Of a stretch of 64,000 nucleotides of DNA, positions 49,330 to 62,364 are shown piece by piece (positions within the stretch are counted from its first letter, which is position 1; the number at the start of each line of letters is the position of its first letter). The position numbers and the translations under genes were made by a program. Source of the DNA: Pristiophorus japonicus (lineage: Eukaryota); NCBI RefSeq assembly GCF_044704955.1, contig NC_092003.1:7006001-7070000 (forward strand), written 5' to 3'. The notes under the pieces were generated by a model. It worked only from the letters and a program-made list of their open reading frames with translations. It was not told where the DNA came from and made no database searches.

Positions 49330-52300
49330 CAATCGGAGCAGGAGTCGGCCATTTGGCCCCTCGAGCCATGCAGAAGCCGGGACCTTGAATAAATTTAAGG
49401 CAACAGATAGACAGTTTCTTAACCGATAAGGGTATATGGGCATCAGGCGGGGAAGTGGACCTGAGTCCATGATCAGATCAGCCATGATCGTATTAAATGG
49501 CGGAGCAGGCCCGAGGGGCCGTATGGCTTACTCCTGCTCCTATTTCTTGTGTTCTTATGGCTGATCTGATCATGGGCTCAGCTCCACTTCCCCGCCCGCT
49601 CCCCATAACCCTTCACTCCCTTCTCGCTCAAAAATCTGTCGACATCTCCGCCTTGAATATATTCAATGACCCGGCCTCCACAGCTCTCTGGGGCAGAGAA
49701 TTCCACAGATTTACAACCCTCTGAGAGAAGAAATTCCTCCTCATCTCAGTTTTAAATGGACGGCCCTTTATTCTGAGACTATGTCCCCTAGTTTTAGTTT
49801 CCCCTATGAGTGGAAATATCCTCTCTGCATCCACCTTGTCCAGCCCCCTCATTATCTTATATGTTTCGATAAGATCACCTCTCTCTCATCTGAATTCCAA
49901 TGAGTAGAGGCCCAACCTACTCAACTCATCTTCATAAGTCAACCCCCTCATCCCCGGAACCAACCTAGTGAACCTTCTCTGAACAGCCTCCAATGCGAGT
50001 ATATCCTTAAATACGGAGACCAAAACTGTACGCAGTACTCCAGGTGTAGCCTCACCTATACCCTGTACAGTTGTAGCAGGACTTCTCTGCTTTTATATTC
50101 TATCCCCCTTGCAATAAAGGCCAACATTCCATTTGCCTTCCTGATCACTTGCTGTACCTGCATACTAACTTTTTGTGTTTCATACACAAGGACCCCCAGG
50201 TCCCTCTGTACTGCAGCACTTTGCAATTTCTCTCCATTTAAGTAATAATTTTCTTTTCTATTTTTTCTGCCAAAGTGGATAACCTCACATTTTCCCACAT
50301 TATACTCCATCTGTCAAATTTTTGCCCACTCACTTAGCCTGTCTGTATCCCTTTTTTTGTGTCCTCCTCACAATTTGCTTTTCCTCCCATCTTTGTATCA
50401 TCAGCAAACTTGGCTACAATACACTCGGTCCCTTCATCCAAGTCATTAATATAGATTGTAAATAGTTGGGGTCCCAGCACTGATCCCTGCGGCACCCCAC
50501 TAGTTACTGTTTGCCAACCTGAGAATGAACCATTTATCCCGACTCTCTGTTTTCTGTTAGTTAGCCAATCCGCTATCCATGCTAATATATTACCCCCAAC
50601 CCCGTGAACTTTTATCTTGTGCAGTAACCTTTTATGTGGCAGATGAAGTATAATGTGGATAAATGTGAGGTTATCCACTTTGGTGGTAAAAACAGAGAGA
50701 CAGACTATTATCTGAATGGTGACAGATTAGGAAAAGGGGAGGTGCAACAAGACCTGGTTGTCATGCTACATCAGTCATTGAAGGTTGGCATGCAGGTACA
50801 GCAGGCGGTTAAGAAAGCAAATGGCATGTTGGCCTTCATAGCGAGGGGATTTGAGTACAGGGGCAGGGAGGTGTTGCTACAGTTGTACAGGGCCTTGGTG
50901 AGGCCACACCTGGAGTATTGTGTACAGTTTTGGTCTCCTAATTTGAGGAAGGACATTCTTGCTATTGAGGGAGCGCAGCGAAGGTTCACCAGACTGATTC
51001 CCGGGATGGTGGGACTGACCTATCAAGAAAGACTGGATCAACTGGGCTTGTATTCACTGGAGTTCAGAAGAATGAGAGGGGACCTCATAGAAACGTTTAA
51101 AATTCGGACGGGTTTAGACAGGTTAGATGCAGGAAGAATGTTCCCAATGTTGGGGAAGTCCAGAACCAGGGGTCACAGTCTGAGGATAAGGGGTAAGCCA
51201 TTTAGGACCGAGATGAGGAGAAACTTCTTCACCCAGAGAGTGGTGAACCTGTGGAATTCTCTACCACAGAAAGTTGTTGAGGCCAATTCACTAAATATAT
51301 TCAAAAAGGAGTTAGATGAAGTCCTTACTACTAGGGGGATCAAGGGGTATGGCGAGAAAGCAGGAATGGGGTACTGAAGTTGCATGTTCAGTCATGAACT
51401 CATTGAATGGCGGTGCAGGCTAGAAGGGCCGAATGGCCTACTCCTGCACCTATTTTCTATGTTTCTATGTTTTTCTATGTTATCAAATGCTTTCTGGAAA
51501 TCCAAATACACCACATCCACTGGTTCCCCCTTATCCACCCTGTTCATTACATCCTCAAAGAACTCCAGCAAATTTGTCAAACGTGATTACCCTTTCATAA
51601 AACCGTGCTGACTCTGCTTGATTGAATCATGCTTTTCCAAGTGTCCTGCTACTGCTTCCTTAATAATGAACTCCAACATTTTCCCAATGACAGTTGTTAG
51701 GCTAACTGGTCTATAGTTACCTGCTTTCTGTCTGCCTCCTTTTTTAAATAGGGGCGTTACATTTGCAGTTTTTCAAATCCAGGGAATTTTGGTAAATTCT
51801 CTGCAGACACTTCTTTTTAAGACCTGTGGTGACCGAGGCGTGGACTGAGTGATATACAAGGTCGACACTCAAGTAGAGTCGACAGACTTCGCGATGTGGT
51901 TCAAAACGGTTTATTCGCAGGCCTGGGAAGAGAGCGATCGAGACCCGTTCTCGGACTCTCAACTTCGCAGTTAAATCTAAGTGACAGCATTATATACCTT
52001 TTTAGTACAAGCTTATCTCGCAGGCAAAGCCTGCATCTCATCATTTGTTTGAACGAAAGCATTGTGTGTCTTGAACATTCTTTTCGAGTTACATTTTATC
52101 TTGTACAGATGGTAACCGTGTCCTTCTCAAGGCCTTACCTGCTCGAATGTTTCGCGATTATTATATCACTGCTAGTTTTGTTGCTTTTGGTTTTAGTTTT
52201 TGCAAGTTAGCATAATTATTATGAGGATTGATACAGTGCTTTCTCCAGCCCAGCTTCCAGACATAGGTTTAAATGATCCCAGGCTATGCACCTTACTTTG

Positions 52301-53070
52301 GGGCTTTTTAGGGGTACTTCAAGACCCTAGGATGTAAGCCATCAGGTCCAAGGGACCGATCCGCCTTTAGTCCGATTACTTTACCAAGTACTACTTCTTT
52401 ACTGATTGTCTAAAGTTTCTCTCTCCCTATAGCCCACTATTGGGATGTTTTTAGTGTCTTCTACCGTGAAGATCGATACAAAATATTTGTTCAACGTCTC
52501 TGCCATTTCCCTGTTCCCCATTATTAATTCCTCAGTCTCATCCTCCAACATTTCCTTTAGCCGCACTTTTCCTTTTTATGTACCGGTAAACACTCTTATT
52601 ATCTGTTTTTATATTTCGTGCTAGTTTACTTTCATAATCTATCTTCCCTCTTTTTTTTTATCATTTTTTTTCAGTTGTTGGCTTTTAAACATTTCTCAAT
52701 CCTCTGGCCTCCCACTAGTCTTAGGCAACATCCCTTAGTTTCTCAGTTAGCCACGGATGGTTATCCCTTCTCTTACAGTCTTTCCTTCTCATTGGGATAT
52801 ATTTTTGTTGCGAGTTATTAAATATCTCCTTAAATGTCTGCCAGTGCTCATCAGCCGGCCCATACTTTAATCTATTTTCCCAGTCCACTTTAGCCAGCGC
52901 AGCCTTCATACCTTTGTAGTTCTCCCTTATTTAAGCTTAGGACACTGGTTTGAGATCCAACTTTCTCACCCTCCAACTGCATTTGAAATTCAACCATGTT
53001 CTGGTCACGCATGCCTAGAGGATCCTTTACTATGAGCTTGTTTGTCTCATTACACAGTACCAGATCTAAG
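49330..53070 (-). mobile_element. Fragmented - strand CR1 LINE in CCS intron 2 (interrupted by a + CR1 and other sequence)
   Basis: RT motifs on - (GVPQGSVLGP, KFADD, YLDFQKAFD) and endonuclease/tether pieces at 52200-53070. Confidence 0.8.
50636..51480 (+). mobile_element. Young CR1 3' fragment nested in the - strand CR1
   Basis: Intact 247-aa ORF2 C-terminus, 3' UTR and (TTTCTATG)n tail; splits the host RT at KAFD|..PHKRLL. Confidence 0.88.
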
Positions 53071-53578
53071 AGAGAGCGTGTGCGCGCGAGAGCGAGAGAG
53101 CGCGCGCGAGAGTGCGAGAGTGCGAGCGAGAGTGCGCGCGCGAGAGAGCGAGAGTGCGCACGCGAGAGAGCGAGAGTGCGCGCGCGAGAGAGCGAGAGTG
53201 CGCGCGAGAGAGCGTGCGTGAGAGAGCGAGAGAGCGTGCGCGAGAGAGCGAGAGTGGGCGCGCGTGCGCGAGAGAGCGAGAGTGCGCGCGCGTGCGTGAG
53301 AGAGCGAGAGTGCGTGCGCGAGAGAGCGAGAGCGTGTGTGTGTGTGCGCGGCGCGCGCGAGAGAGCGAGAGCGTGTGTGTGTGCGCGGCGCGCGCGAGAG
53401 AGCGAGAGCGTGTGTGTGTGTGCGCGGCGCACGCGAGAGAGCGTGCGTGAGAGAGCGAGAGTGCGCGTGCGAGAGAGCGAGAGTGCGCGCGAGAGAGCGT
53501 GCGCGAGAGAGCGAGAGCGTGTGTGTGTGTGCGCGGCGCGCGCGAGAGAGCAAGAGCGTGTTTGTGAGAGGGAGAGAG
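53070..53578. repeat. Compound (GA)/(GC)/(GT) microsatellite
   Basis: GAGAGAGCGAGAGTGCGCGC-type units. Confidence 0.9.
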
Positions 53579-53791
53579 TGTTATGTATTTAACCCCTTGC
53601 AACCTGTATCACACCACCACCAGAGGGCCGACCTGTTGGAGTCTCAAGGGATCCCAGCATCCCTTGGGAGCACGGTATATAAGCAGGCCACCCAGGCGGG
53701 ACCTGCACTCTGGAGTCTTATTAAAGGAGCTGAGCTCACACTTGCTCACTGTTCAACGTACTCCGTTTCATCCTTTATTATGAACGCATCA
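53579..53791 (+). mobile_element. Solo LTR
   Basis: TGTTATG...CATCA ends; TSD GAGAG on both sides; TATATAA and ATTAAA; CCACCAGAGGGC motif; same family as 60579-60786. Confidence 0.75.
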
Positions 53792-54019
53792 GAGAGAGAA
53801 ATCGATCTCTGCCTATCCCAGCTCACCCGCAGCCTGTTTGGGTGAGTTACGAGCGAGGCAATTGCTGTGTGGCGCCGTGTGCCCGACTGAATCGGCACCT
53901 TCGGGGGAGGATGAGAGGTATACTAACAACTGCGGCATCTCCACCCCCCCCATCAGGAGTTAGTACGGCCGGGTGCAAAGATGACTGTTCTTGCTGACCT
54001 GCCTCCACTTGATTTGCAG

Positions 54020-54157
54020 GAATCCAGTCGGTGGATATAAATCTGAGCACGGAGCAAGTTCTCGTCGACACCACGCTGACGTCGGGGCAAGTGCAAGCAC
54101 TGATCGAGAACACGGGGAGACGGGCTGTGCTTAAAGGGATGGGCCCGGCCTCTCTCA
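54020..54157 (+). CDS. CCS: Copper chaperone for superoxide dismutase, exon 3
   Basis: TTTGCAG|(G)IQSVDINLSTEQVLVDTTLTSGQVQALIENTGRRAVLKGMGPASL A|GTAAGT; 138 nt, phase 1-1. Confidence 0.92.
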
Positions 54158-54203
54158 GTAAGTACAACAGCCTGTACCTGCCCTGGGAGTGTTTGATGGG
54201 ACA

Positions 54204-55637
54204 TAGAAAGATAGAAAATAGGTGCAGGAGTAGGCCATTCAGCCCTTCTAGCCTGCACCGCCATTCAATGAGTTCATGGCTGAACATGCAACTTCAGTAC
54301 CCCATTCCTGCTTTCTCACCATACCCCTTGATCCCCCGAGTAGTAAGGACTTCATCTAACTCCCTTTTGAATATATTTAGTGAATTGGCCTCAACTACTT
54401 TCTGTGGTAGAGAATTCCACAGGTTCACCACTCTCTGGGTGAAGAAGTTTCTCCTCATCTCGGTCCTAAATGGCTTACCCCTTATCCTTAGACTGTGACC
54501 CCTGGTTCTGGACTTCCCCAACATTGGGAACATTCTTCCTGCATCTAACCTGTCTAAACCCGTCCGAATTTTAAACGTTTCTATGAGGTCCCCTCTCATT
54601 CTTCTGAACTCCAGTGAATACAAGCCCAGTTGATCCAGTCTTTCTTGATAGGTCAGTCCCGCCATCCCGGGAATCAGTCTGGTGAATCTTCGCTGCACTC
54701 CCTCAATAGCAAGAATGTCCTTCCTCAAGTTAGGAGACCAAAACTGTATACAATACTCCAGGTCTGGCCTCACCAAGGCCCTGTACAACTGTAGCAACAC
54801 CTCCCTGCCCCTGTACTCAAATCCCCTCGCTATGAAGGCCAACATGCCATTTGCTTTCTTAACCACCTGCTGTACCTGCATGCCAACCTTCAATGACTGA
54901 TGAACCATGACACCCAGGTCTCGTTGCACCTTCCCTTTTCCTAATCTGTCACCATTCAGATAATAGTCTGTCTCTCTGTTTTTACCACCAAAGTGGATAA
55001 CCTCACATTTATCCACATTATACTTCATCTGCCACGCATTTGCCCACTCACCTAACCTATCCAAGTCACTCTGCAGCCTCATAGCATCCTCCTCGCAGCT
55101 CACACTGCCACCCAACTTAGTGTCATCCGCAAATTTGGAGATACTACATTTAATCCCCTCGTCTAAATCATTAATTTACAGTGTAAACAGCTGGGGCCCC
55201 AGCACAGAACCTTGCGGTACCCCACTAGTCACTGCCTGCCATTCTGAAAAGTACCCATTTACTCCAACTCTTTGCTTCCTGTCTGACAACCAGTTCTCAA
55301 TCCATGTCAGCACACTACCCCCAATCCCATGTGCTTTAACTTTGCACATTAATCTCTTGTGTGGGACCTTGTCGAAAGCCTTCTGAAAGTCCAAATATAC
55401 CACATCAACTGGTTCTCCCTTGTCCACTCTACTGGTAACATCCTCAAAAAATTCCAGAAGATTTGTCAAGCATGATTTCCCTTTCACAAATCCATGCTGA
55501 CTTGGACCTATCATGTCACCATTTTCCAAATGCGCTGCTATGACATCCTTAATAATTGATTCCATCATTTTACCCACTACTGAGGTCAGGCTGACCGGTC
55601 TATAATTCCCTGTTTTCTCTCTCCCTCCTTTTTTAAA
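54204..55637 (-). mobile_element. Young CR1 LINE 3' 1.4 kb, inserted into the 68-bp satellite
   Basis: ORFs 55176-55577 and 54294-55115 (RT and C-terminus); flanking duplication ATGGGACA at 54196-54203 / 55638-55645. Confidence 0.9.
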
Positions 55638-57741
55638 ATGGGACAGAGTAGAGGGAGATTTACTCTGTAACTAACCCCGTGCTGTACCTGCCCTGGGAGT
55701 GTTTGATGGGACAGTGTAGAGGGAGCTTTACTCTGTATCTAACCCCGTGCTGTACCTGCCCTGGGAGTGTTTGATGGGACAGTATGGAGGGAGCTTTACT
55801 CTGTATCTAACCCCGTGCTGTACCTGCCCTGGGAGAGTGTGATGGGACAGTGTAGAGGGAGCTTTACTCTGTATCTAACCCCGTGCTGTACCTGCCCTGG
55901 GAGTGTCTGATGGGACAGTGTAGAGGGAGCTTTACTCTGTATCTAACCCCCTATACCTGCCCTGGGAGTGTTTGATGGGACGGTGTAGAGGGAGCTTTAC
56001 TCTGTATCTAACCCCCTGTACCTGCCCTGGGAGTGTTTGATGGGACAGTGTCGAGGGAGATTTACTCTGTATCTAACCCCGTGCTGTACCTGGCCTGGGA
56101 GTGTTTGATGGGACAGTGTAGAGGGAGCTTTACTCTGTATCTAACCCCGTGCTGTACCTGCCCTGGGAGTGTTTGATGGGACAGTGTAGAGGGAGCTTTA
56201 CTCTGTATCTAAACCCATGCTGTACCTGCCCTGGGAGTGTTTGATGGGACAGTGTAGAGGGAGCTTTACTCTGTATCTAACCCCCTGTACCTGCCCTGGG
56301 AGTGTTTGATGGGACAGTGTAGAGGGAGCTTTACTCTGTATCTAAACCCATGCTGTACCTGCCCTGGGAGTGTTTGATGGGACAGTGTAGAGGGAGCTTT
56401 ACTCTGTATCTAACCCCGTGCTGTACCTGCCCTGGGAGAGTGTGATGGAACAGTGTAGAGGGAGCTTTACTCTGTATCTAACCCCGTGCTGTACCTGCCC
56501 TGGGAGTGTGTGATGGGACAGTGTAGAGGGAGCTTTACTCTGTATCCAACCCCCTGTACCTGCCCTGGAGTGTTTGATGGGCAGTGTAGAGGGAGCTTTA
56601 CTCTGTATCTAACCCCCTGTACCTGCCCTGGGAGTGTTTGATGGGACAGTGTAGAGGGAGCTTTACTCTGTATCTAACCCCCTGTACCTGCCCTGGGAGT
56701 GTGTGATGGGACAGTGTAGAGGGAGCTTTACTATGTATCTAACCCCCTGTACCTGCCTTGGGAGTGTTTGATGGGACAGTGTAGAGGGAGCTTTACTCTG
56801 TATCTAACCCCGTGCTGCACCTGCCCTGGGAGTGTTTGATGGGATAGTGTAGAGGGAGCTTTACTCTATATCTAACCCCGTGCTGTACCTGCCCTCGGAG
56901 TGTTTGATGGGACAGTGTAGAGGGAGCTTTACTCTGTATCTAACCCCCTGTACCTGCCCTGGGTGTGTGTGATGGGACAGTGTAGAGGGAGCTTTACTCT
57001 GTATCTAACCCCGTGCTATATCTGCCCTGGGAGTGTTTGATGGGACAGTGTAGAGGGAGCTTTACTCTGTATCTAACCCCGTGCTGTACCTGCCCTGGGA
57101 GTGTGTGATGGGACAGTGTAGAGGGAGCTTTACTCTGTATCTAACCCCCTGTACCTGCCCTGGGGTGTGTGATGGGACAGTGTAGAGGGAGCTTTATTCT
57201 GTATCTAACCCCCTGTACCTGCCCTGGGAGTGTGTGATGGGACAGTGTAGAGGGAGCTTTACTCTGTATCTAACCCCGTGCTGTACCTGCCCTGGGAGTG
57301 TGTGATGGGACAGTGTAGAGGGAGCTTTACTCTGTATCTAACCCCCTGTACCTGCCCTGGGGTGTGTGATGGGACAGTGTAGAGGGAGCTTTATTCTGTA
57401 TCTAACCCCCTGTACCTGCCCTGGGAGTGTGTGATGGGACAGTGTAGAGGGAGCTTTACTCTGTATCTAACCCCGTGCTGTACCTGCCCTGGGGGTGTTT
57501 GATGGGACAGTGTAGAGGGAGCTTTACTCTGTATCTAACCCCGTGCTGTACCTGCCTGGGAGTGTTTGATGGGACAGTGTAGAGGGAGCTTTACTCTGTA
57601 TCTAACCCCGTGCTGTACCTGCCCTGGGGGTGTTTGATGGGACAGTGTAGAGGGAGCTTTACTCTGTATCTAACCCCCTGTACCTGCCCTGGGAGTGTGT
57701 GATGGGACAGTGTCGAGGGAGCTTTACTCTCTATCTAACCC
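55638..57741 (+). repeat. 68/65-bp minisatellite (~31 units) filling CCS intron 3
   Basis: GGGACAGTGTAGAGGGAGCTTTACTCTGTATCTAACCCC(GTG)CTGTACCTGCCCTGGGAGTGTTTGAT; a partial unit also at 54172-54203. Confidence 0.95.
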
Positions 57742-57760
57742 ACGTGCCATTTCCCTGTAG

Positions 57761-57938
57761 AGGACCTGGGGGTCGCCGTGGCGATGCTCGGCCCAGAAGG
57801 CCTCATCAAGGGCGCGGTGCGCTTCCTGCAGCTGTCGGAGCGGCAGTGTATCATCGAGGGGACGATCGACGGATTGGACCCTGGCCTGCACGGTTTGCAT
57901 GTGCACGAGTTCGGGGACCTCACCCGCTCCTGCCTCAG
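57761..57938 (+). CDS. CCS: Copper chaperone for superoxide dismutase, exon 4 (SOD1-like domain)
   Basis: TTCCCTGTAG|(K)DLGVAVAMLGPEGLIKGAVRFLQLSERQCIIEGTIDGLDPGLHGLHVHEFGDLTRSCL AG|GTAATC; 178 nt. No further CCS exon found before the window ends. Confidence 0.93.
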
Positions 57939-58645
57939 GTAATCTGTTGCCGCGAGCGTGCGAGGGATGTGGGGTGCCCCGACCGTTGGGTGGGAAATTG
58001 GGGAGCGGCCGGCTTCCCCATTGGCGGAGGGGGGGGGGGGGGGCGACAGGACCAACATGGCCGACTTTCAGTGCCTCGTCTGATTCCCGGGCCCCGGCTG
58101 ACTATTTGGCTACAGCAGGAATCACAAGAGCGCCTCATTGGCTGTAAAGCGCCTTGGGACCTCCTGATTCGGTGATAGGCCCTATATAAGGACATCAGAA
58201 ATAGGAGCAGGAGTCGGCCATTCGGCCCCTCGAGCCTGCTCCGCCATTCAATACGATCATGGCTGATCTGATCATGGACTCGGGTCCACTTCCCCACTTC
58301 CCCTATCGGTTAAGAAACTGTCTATTTCCGTCTTAAATTTATTCAATGTCCCGGCTTCCACAGCTCTCTGAGGCAGCGAATTCCACAGATTTACAACCCT
58401 CTGAGAGAAGAAATTCCTCCTCATCTCAGTTTTAAATGGGCGGCCATTTAAGATATAAATCCAAGTCTTTTTATTCCACTTGCCGTCTCACATCTATCAA
58501 TACATCGGATAATGATCAATAGCGGCATCGTTGGTGAGTTTGCCCACAAGCCAAGCTGCTGCTCCGACTGACTGACCCATCCCGCGAGATCCGTCGGCCC
58601 GCGTTCTAGTCCTCTTCAACTGGGATTAACCAGCGTAATCCCACA

Positions 58646-60115
58646 GTCCCGGGTCCTCCCTGATAAAGTGCAACATTCCCCACCGACACCTGGGAGTCCC
58701 TGGGCCAAAGACCAGTCCGCCCCTAAGTGGAGGAAGTGCATCCGGGAGGGCGCTGAGCACCTCGAGTCTCGTCGCCGAGAGCGTGCAGAGACCAAGCGCA
58801 GGCAGCGGAAGGAGCGTGCGGCAAACCAGTCCCACCCTCCCCTTCCCTCAACGACTCGCTGCCCCCGTGTCCTAACTCGCACCGAGTCCCGCTCACCCAT
58901 CACCCCCTGTGTTCGCTGCCCCCGCGTCCTAACTCGCACCGAGTCCCGCTCACCCATCACCCCCTGTGCCCCGTGTCCTAACTCGCACCGAGTCCCGCTC
59001 ACCCATCACCCCCTGTGTTCGCTGCCCCCGTGTCCTAACTCGCACCGAGTCCCGCTCACCCATCACCCCGTGCTCGCTGCACACGTGTCCTAACTCGCAC
59101 CGAGTCCCGCTCACCCATCACCCCCTGTGCTCGCTGCCCCCGTGTCCTAACTCGCACCGAGTCCCGCTCACCCATCACCCCCTGTGCTCGCTGCCCCCGT
59201 GTCCTAACTCGCACCGAGTCCCGCTCACCCATCACCCCCTGTGCTCGCTGCCCCCGCGTCCTAACTCGCACCGAGTCCCACTCACCCATCACCCCCTGTG
59301 CTCGCTGCCCCCGTGTCCTAACTCGCACCCAGTCCCGCTCACCCATCACCCCCTGTGTTCGCTGCCCCCAGTGTCCTAACTCGCACCGAGTCCCGCTCAC
59401 CCATCACCCCCTGTGCTCGCTGCCCCCGTGTCCTAACTCGCATCGAGTCCCACTCACCCATCACCCCCTGTGCTCGCTGCCCCCCGTGTCCTAACTCGCA
59501 CTGAGTCCCGCTCACCCATCACCCCCTGTGCTCGCTGCACACGTGTCCTAACTCACACCGAGTCCCGCTCACCCATCACCCCCTGTGCTCACTGCCCCGT
59601 GTCCTAACTCGCACCGAGTCCCGCTCACCCATCACCCACTGTGCTCGCTGCCCCCGTGTCCTAACTCACACCCAGTCCCGCTCACCCATCACCCCCTGTG
59701 CTCACTGACCTAAATTGGCTCCCGGTTAAGCAACGCCTCGATTTCAAAATTCTCATCCCTATTTTCAAATCCCTCCGTGGCCCTCGCCCCTCCCTATCTC
59801 TGTAATCTCCTCCAGCCCCACAGCCCCCCGAGATGTCTGCACTCCTCTAATTCTGCCCTCCTGAGCATCCCTGATTATAATCGCTCCACCGTCGGTGGCC
59901 GTGCCTTCTGTTGCCTGGGCCCCAAGCTCTGGAACTCCCTCCCTAAACCTCTCCGCCTCTCTCTCCTCCTTCCAGACGCTCCTTAAAACCGACCTCTGAC
60001 CCAGCTTTTGGTCGCTAATTTCTCCTTATGCGGCTCGGTGTCAAATTTTTCATCTCCTAAAGCCTTGAGATGTTTCACTACATGGAAGGAGCTATATTAA
60101 TACTTGTTGTTGTTG
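58646..60115 (+). mobile_element. RTE 3' fragment (58646-58855) joined to an L2 3' end with 57-bp minisatellite (58856-59708)
   Basis: WRKCIREGAEHLESRRRERAETKRRQRKERAA, then [RVLTRTESRSPITP]n and the L2 tail. Confidence 0.7.
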
Positions 60116-60357
60116 GCAGTCGCTGTATAGAAGGATAATGGAGTTGTTGACCAATCACAGCAATCGATCTCTTTATCAATGCGACTGCAACAGACCCAGA
60201 CACGGGGCGAGGAACTTGGGGAAACCACTGCTCCAGAGTGTCCTGTTCCCTCCCAAACTCGCCACGCTCCCCACACGTCACATCTCCCATTACCTTTATG
60301 GTGCCTCTGCAAAATGTAGTTATCTGAAAGAAATCGACCCGATACGTGTTTCAGTGA

Positions 60358-61110
60358 ATCATAAGAATTGGGAGCAGGAGGAGGCCATTGGGCCCCTCGA
60401 GCCCGCTCCGCCATTCACTGAGATCTTGGCTGACCTTCGACCTCAAGTCCACTTTCCCGCCCGATCCCCAAATCCCTTAATATCCAAAAATCTGTCGATC
60501 TCGGCCTTGCATATGCTCAACGCCTGAACCTCCACAGCCCCCCCGGGGCAGAGAATTCCAAAGATTCACCCCCCCTCAGTCATACGTATTTAACCCCTTG
60601 TAACCTGCATCACATCTGAACACCAGAGGGCCTACCTACTGGAGTCCCAAGGGATCCCAGCACCCCTCGGGAGCACGGTATATAAGCAGGCCAACCACCA
60701 GGTACCTGAACCTGAATAAAGGAGCTAAGGTCTCACTTGCTCATTGCACACAGTAATCAGTCTGACCGTTTATTATGAGTGTAACTCTCTGAGTGAAGAA
60801 ATTCCTCCTCATCTCAGTCCTAAATGGCCAACCCCTTCTCCTGAGACTGTGTGACCCCTGGTTCTAGACTCCCCAGCCCCGGGGGGAAACACCCTCCCTG
60901 TATCTACCCTGCCAAGCCCCTGTAAGAATTGTGTGTGTTTCAATGAGATCACTTCTCATTCTTCTAAACTCCAGAGAATATCGGCCCAGTCTGCTCAATC
61001 TCTCCTCATAGGACAATCCCCCCATCCCAGGAATCACACTGGTGAACCTTCGTTGCACTCCCTCAATGGCAAGTATATCCTTCCTTGGTAAGGAGACCAA
61101 AACTGTACAC
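60358..61110 (-). mobile_element. CR1 3' fragment containing a solo LTR (~60579-60786, +)
   Basis: CR1 C-terminal motifs; the insert aligns to the LTR at 53579-53791. Confidence 0.7.
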
Positions 61111-61229
61111 AATGAATCAATTCTTTCTGCTTCCTCTGGGGAGTCTGCCAACTCGCTCACTCAATCATTCCGCAGGTTCGTTATTGAATTTATCCCCAAG
61201 TGTAGGTCACGTCCTCTGGCTCGAGTGTT

Positions 61230-62190
61230 CTGGAGATGTTTGCCGTCTCACTGGCAGCAGCCTAATTGCGCATGGCAAGATCCCACATACTGCAATGACC
61301 AGATTATGGTTTTTTTTTTAGTGATGTTGGTTGAAGGTTTAAATATTGGCCCGGAATTCCGAGGGCTACTCCCCCTGCTCTTTTCCCAACGGGACCTTTG
61401 ACATCTGCCTGAGAGGGCAGACGGGGACCTCGGTTCTCTTCCGAAGGACGGCCCCTCCGACAGTGCGGCGCTCCCTCAGTACCGCCCCTCCAACAGTGCG
61501 GCGCTCCCTCAGTACTGCCCCTCCGACAGCGCGGCGCTCCCTCAGTACTGCCCCTCCGACAGTGCGGCTCTCCCTCAGTACCGCCCCTCCGACAGTGCGG
61601 CGCTCCCTCAGTACCGCCCCTCCGACAGTGCGGCGCTCCCTCAGTACCGCCCCTCCGACAGTGCGGCGCTCCCTCAGTACCGCCCCTCCGACAGTGCGGC
61701 GCTCCCTCAGTACCGCCCCTCCGACAGTGCGGCGCTCCCTCAGTACCGCCCCTCCGACAGTGCGGCGCTCCCTCAGTACTGCCCCTCCGACAGTGCTGCA
61801 CTCCCTCAGTACTGCCCCTCCGACAGTGCGCGCTCCCTCAGTACTGCTCTGGGAGCGTCGGCCTGGATTTTGATACGTCCTTACTACACAGTATAAATGC
61901 ACACGAGGCCCATGCTTGAGAGAAGGTCAGTCTGTGACCTGTCCTTTATTCCTTGGCACTCAAGTGATGAAGGTGGGTGGAGCTTCCCCTTTTATACCTG
62001 AAGGCCCAGGTTAGGAGTGTCTCTCACCTAGTGGTCAGTGTTCTCACAGTGTACAACTTAGGTCAGTTTATACATGGGTTACAATGCTGGTTGAATACAT
62101 GACAGATTTTGTGCTCAAGTCCCTGGAGTGGGACTCGAACCCACAACCTTCTGACTCAGAGACTGGAGTGCTGCCCACTGAACCATGACT
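61230..62190 (-). mobile_element. Deu-domain SINE with ~12 x 33-bp repeat, interrupted by a solo LTR
   Basis: Core at 61230-61450, array at 61450-61850, tRNA head at 62105-62190. Confidence 0.78.
61871..62104 (-). mobile_element. Solo LTR
   Basis: TG...CA ends; perfect TSD GATTT (61866-61870 / 62105-62109); TATAAAA and AATAAA on the - strand. Confidence 0.78.
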
Positions 62191-62364
62191 GAAGCTCCTT
62201 TGTGATGTCATCACCAAGGATTAAGGCTGACGTGTGATTGTTCCACAGTTGTGGAGACCACTACAACCCAGGCAACAACCGACATGGTGGGCGCCAGGAT
62301 ACCGAGAGGGTAAGGGAGGTTCATGTTGCTCAGAACCCATCTAGTGCAGCACAGAGAGGGCGAC

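Noticed and set aside
52890-53845. Arg/Glu/Ala-rich ORFs
   Set aside because: Translations of a compound dinucleotide microsatellite.
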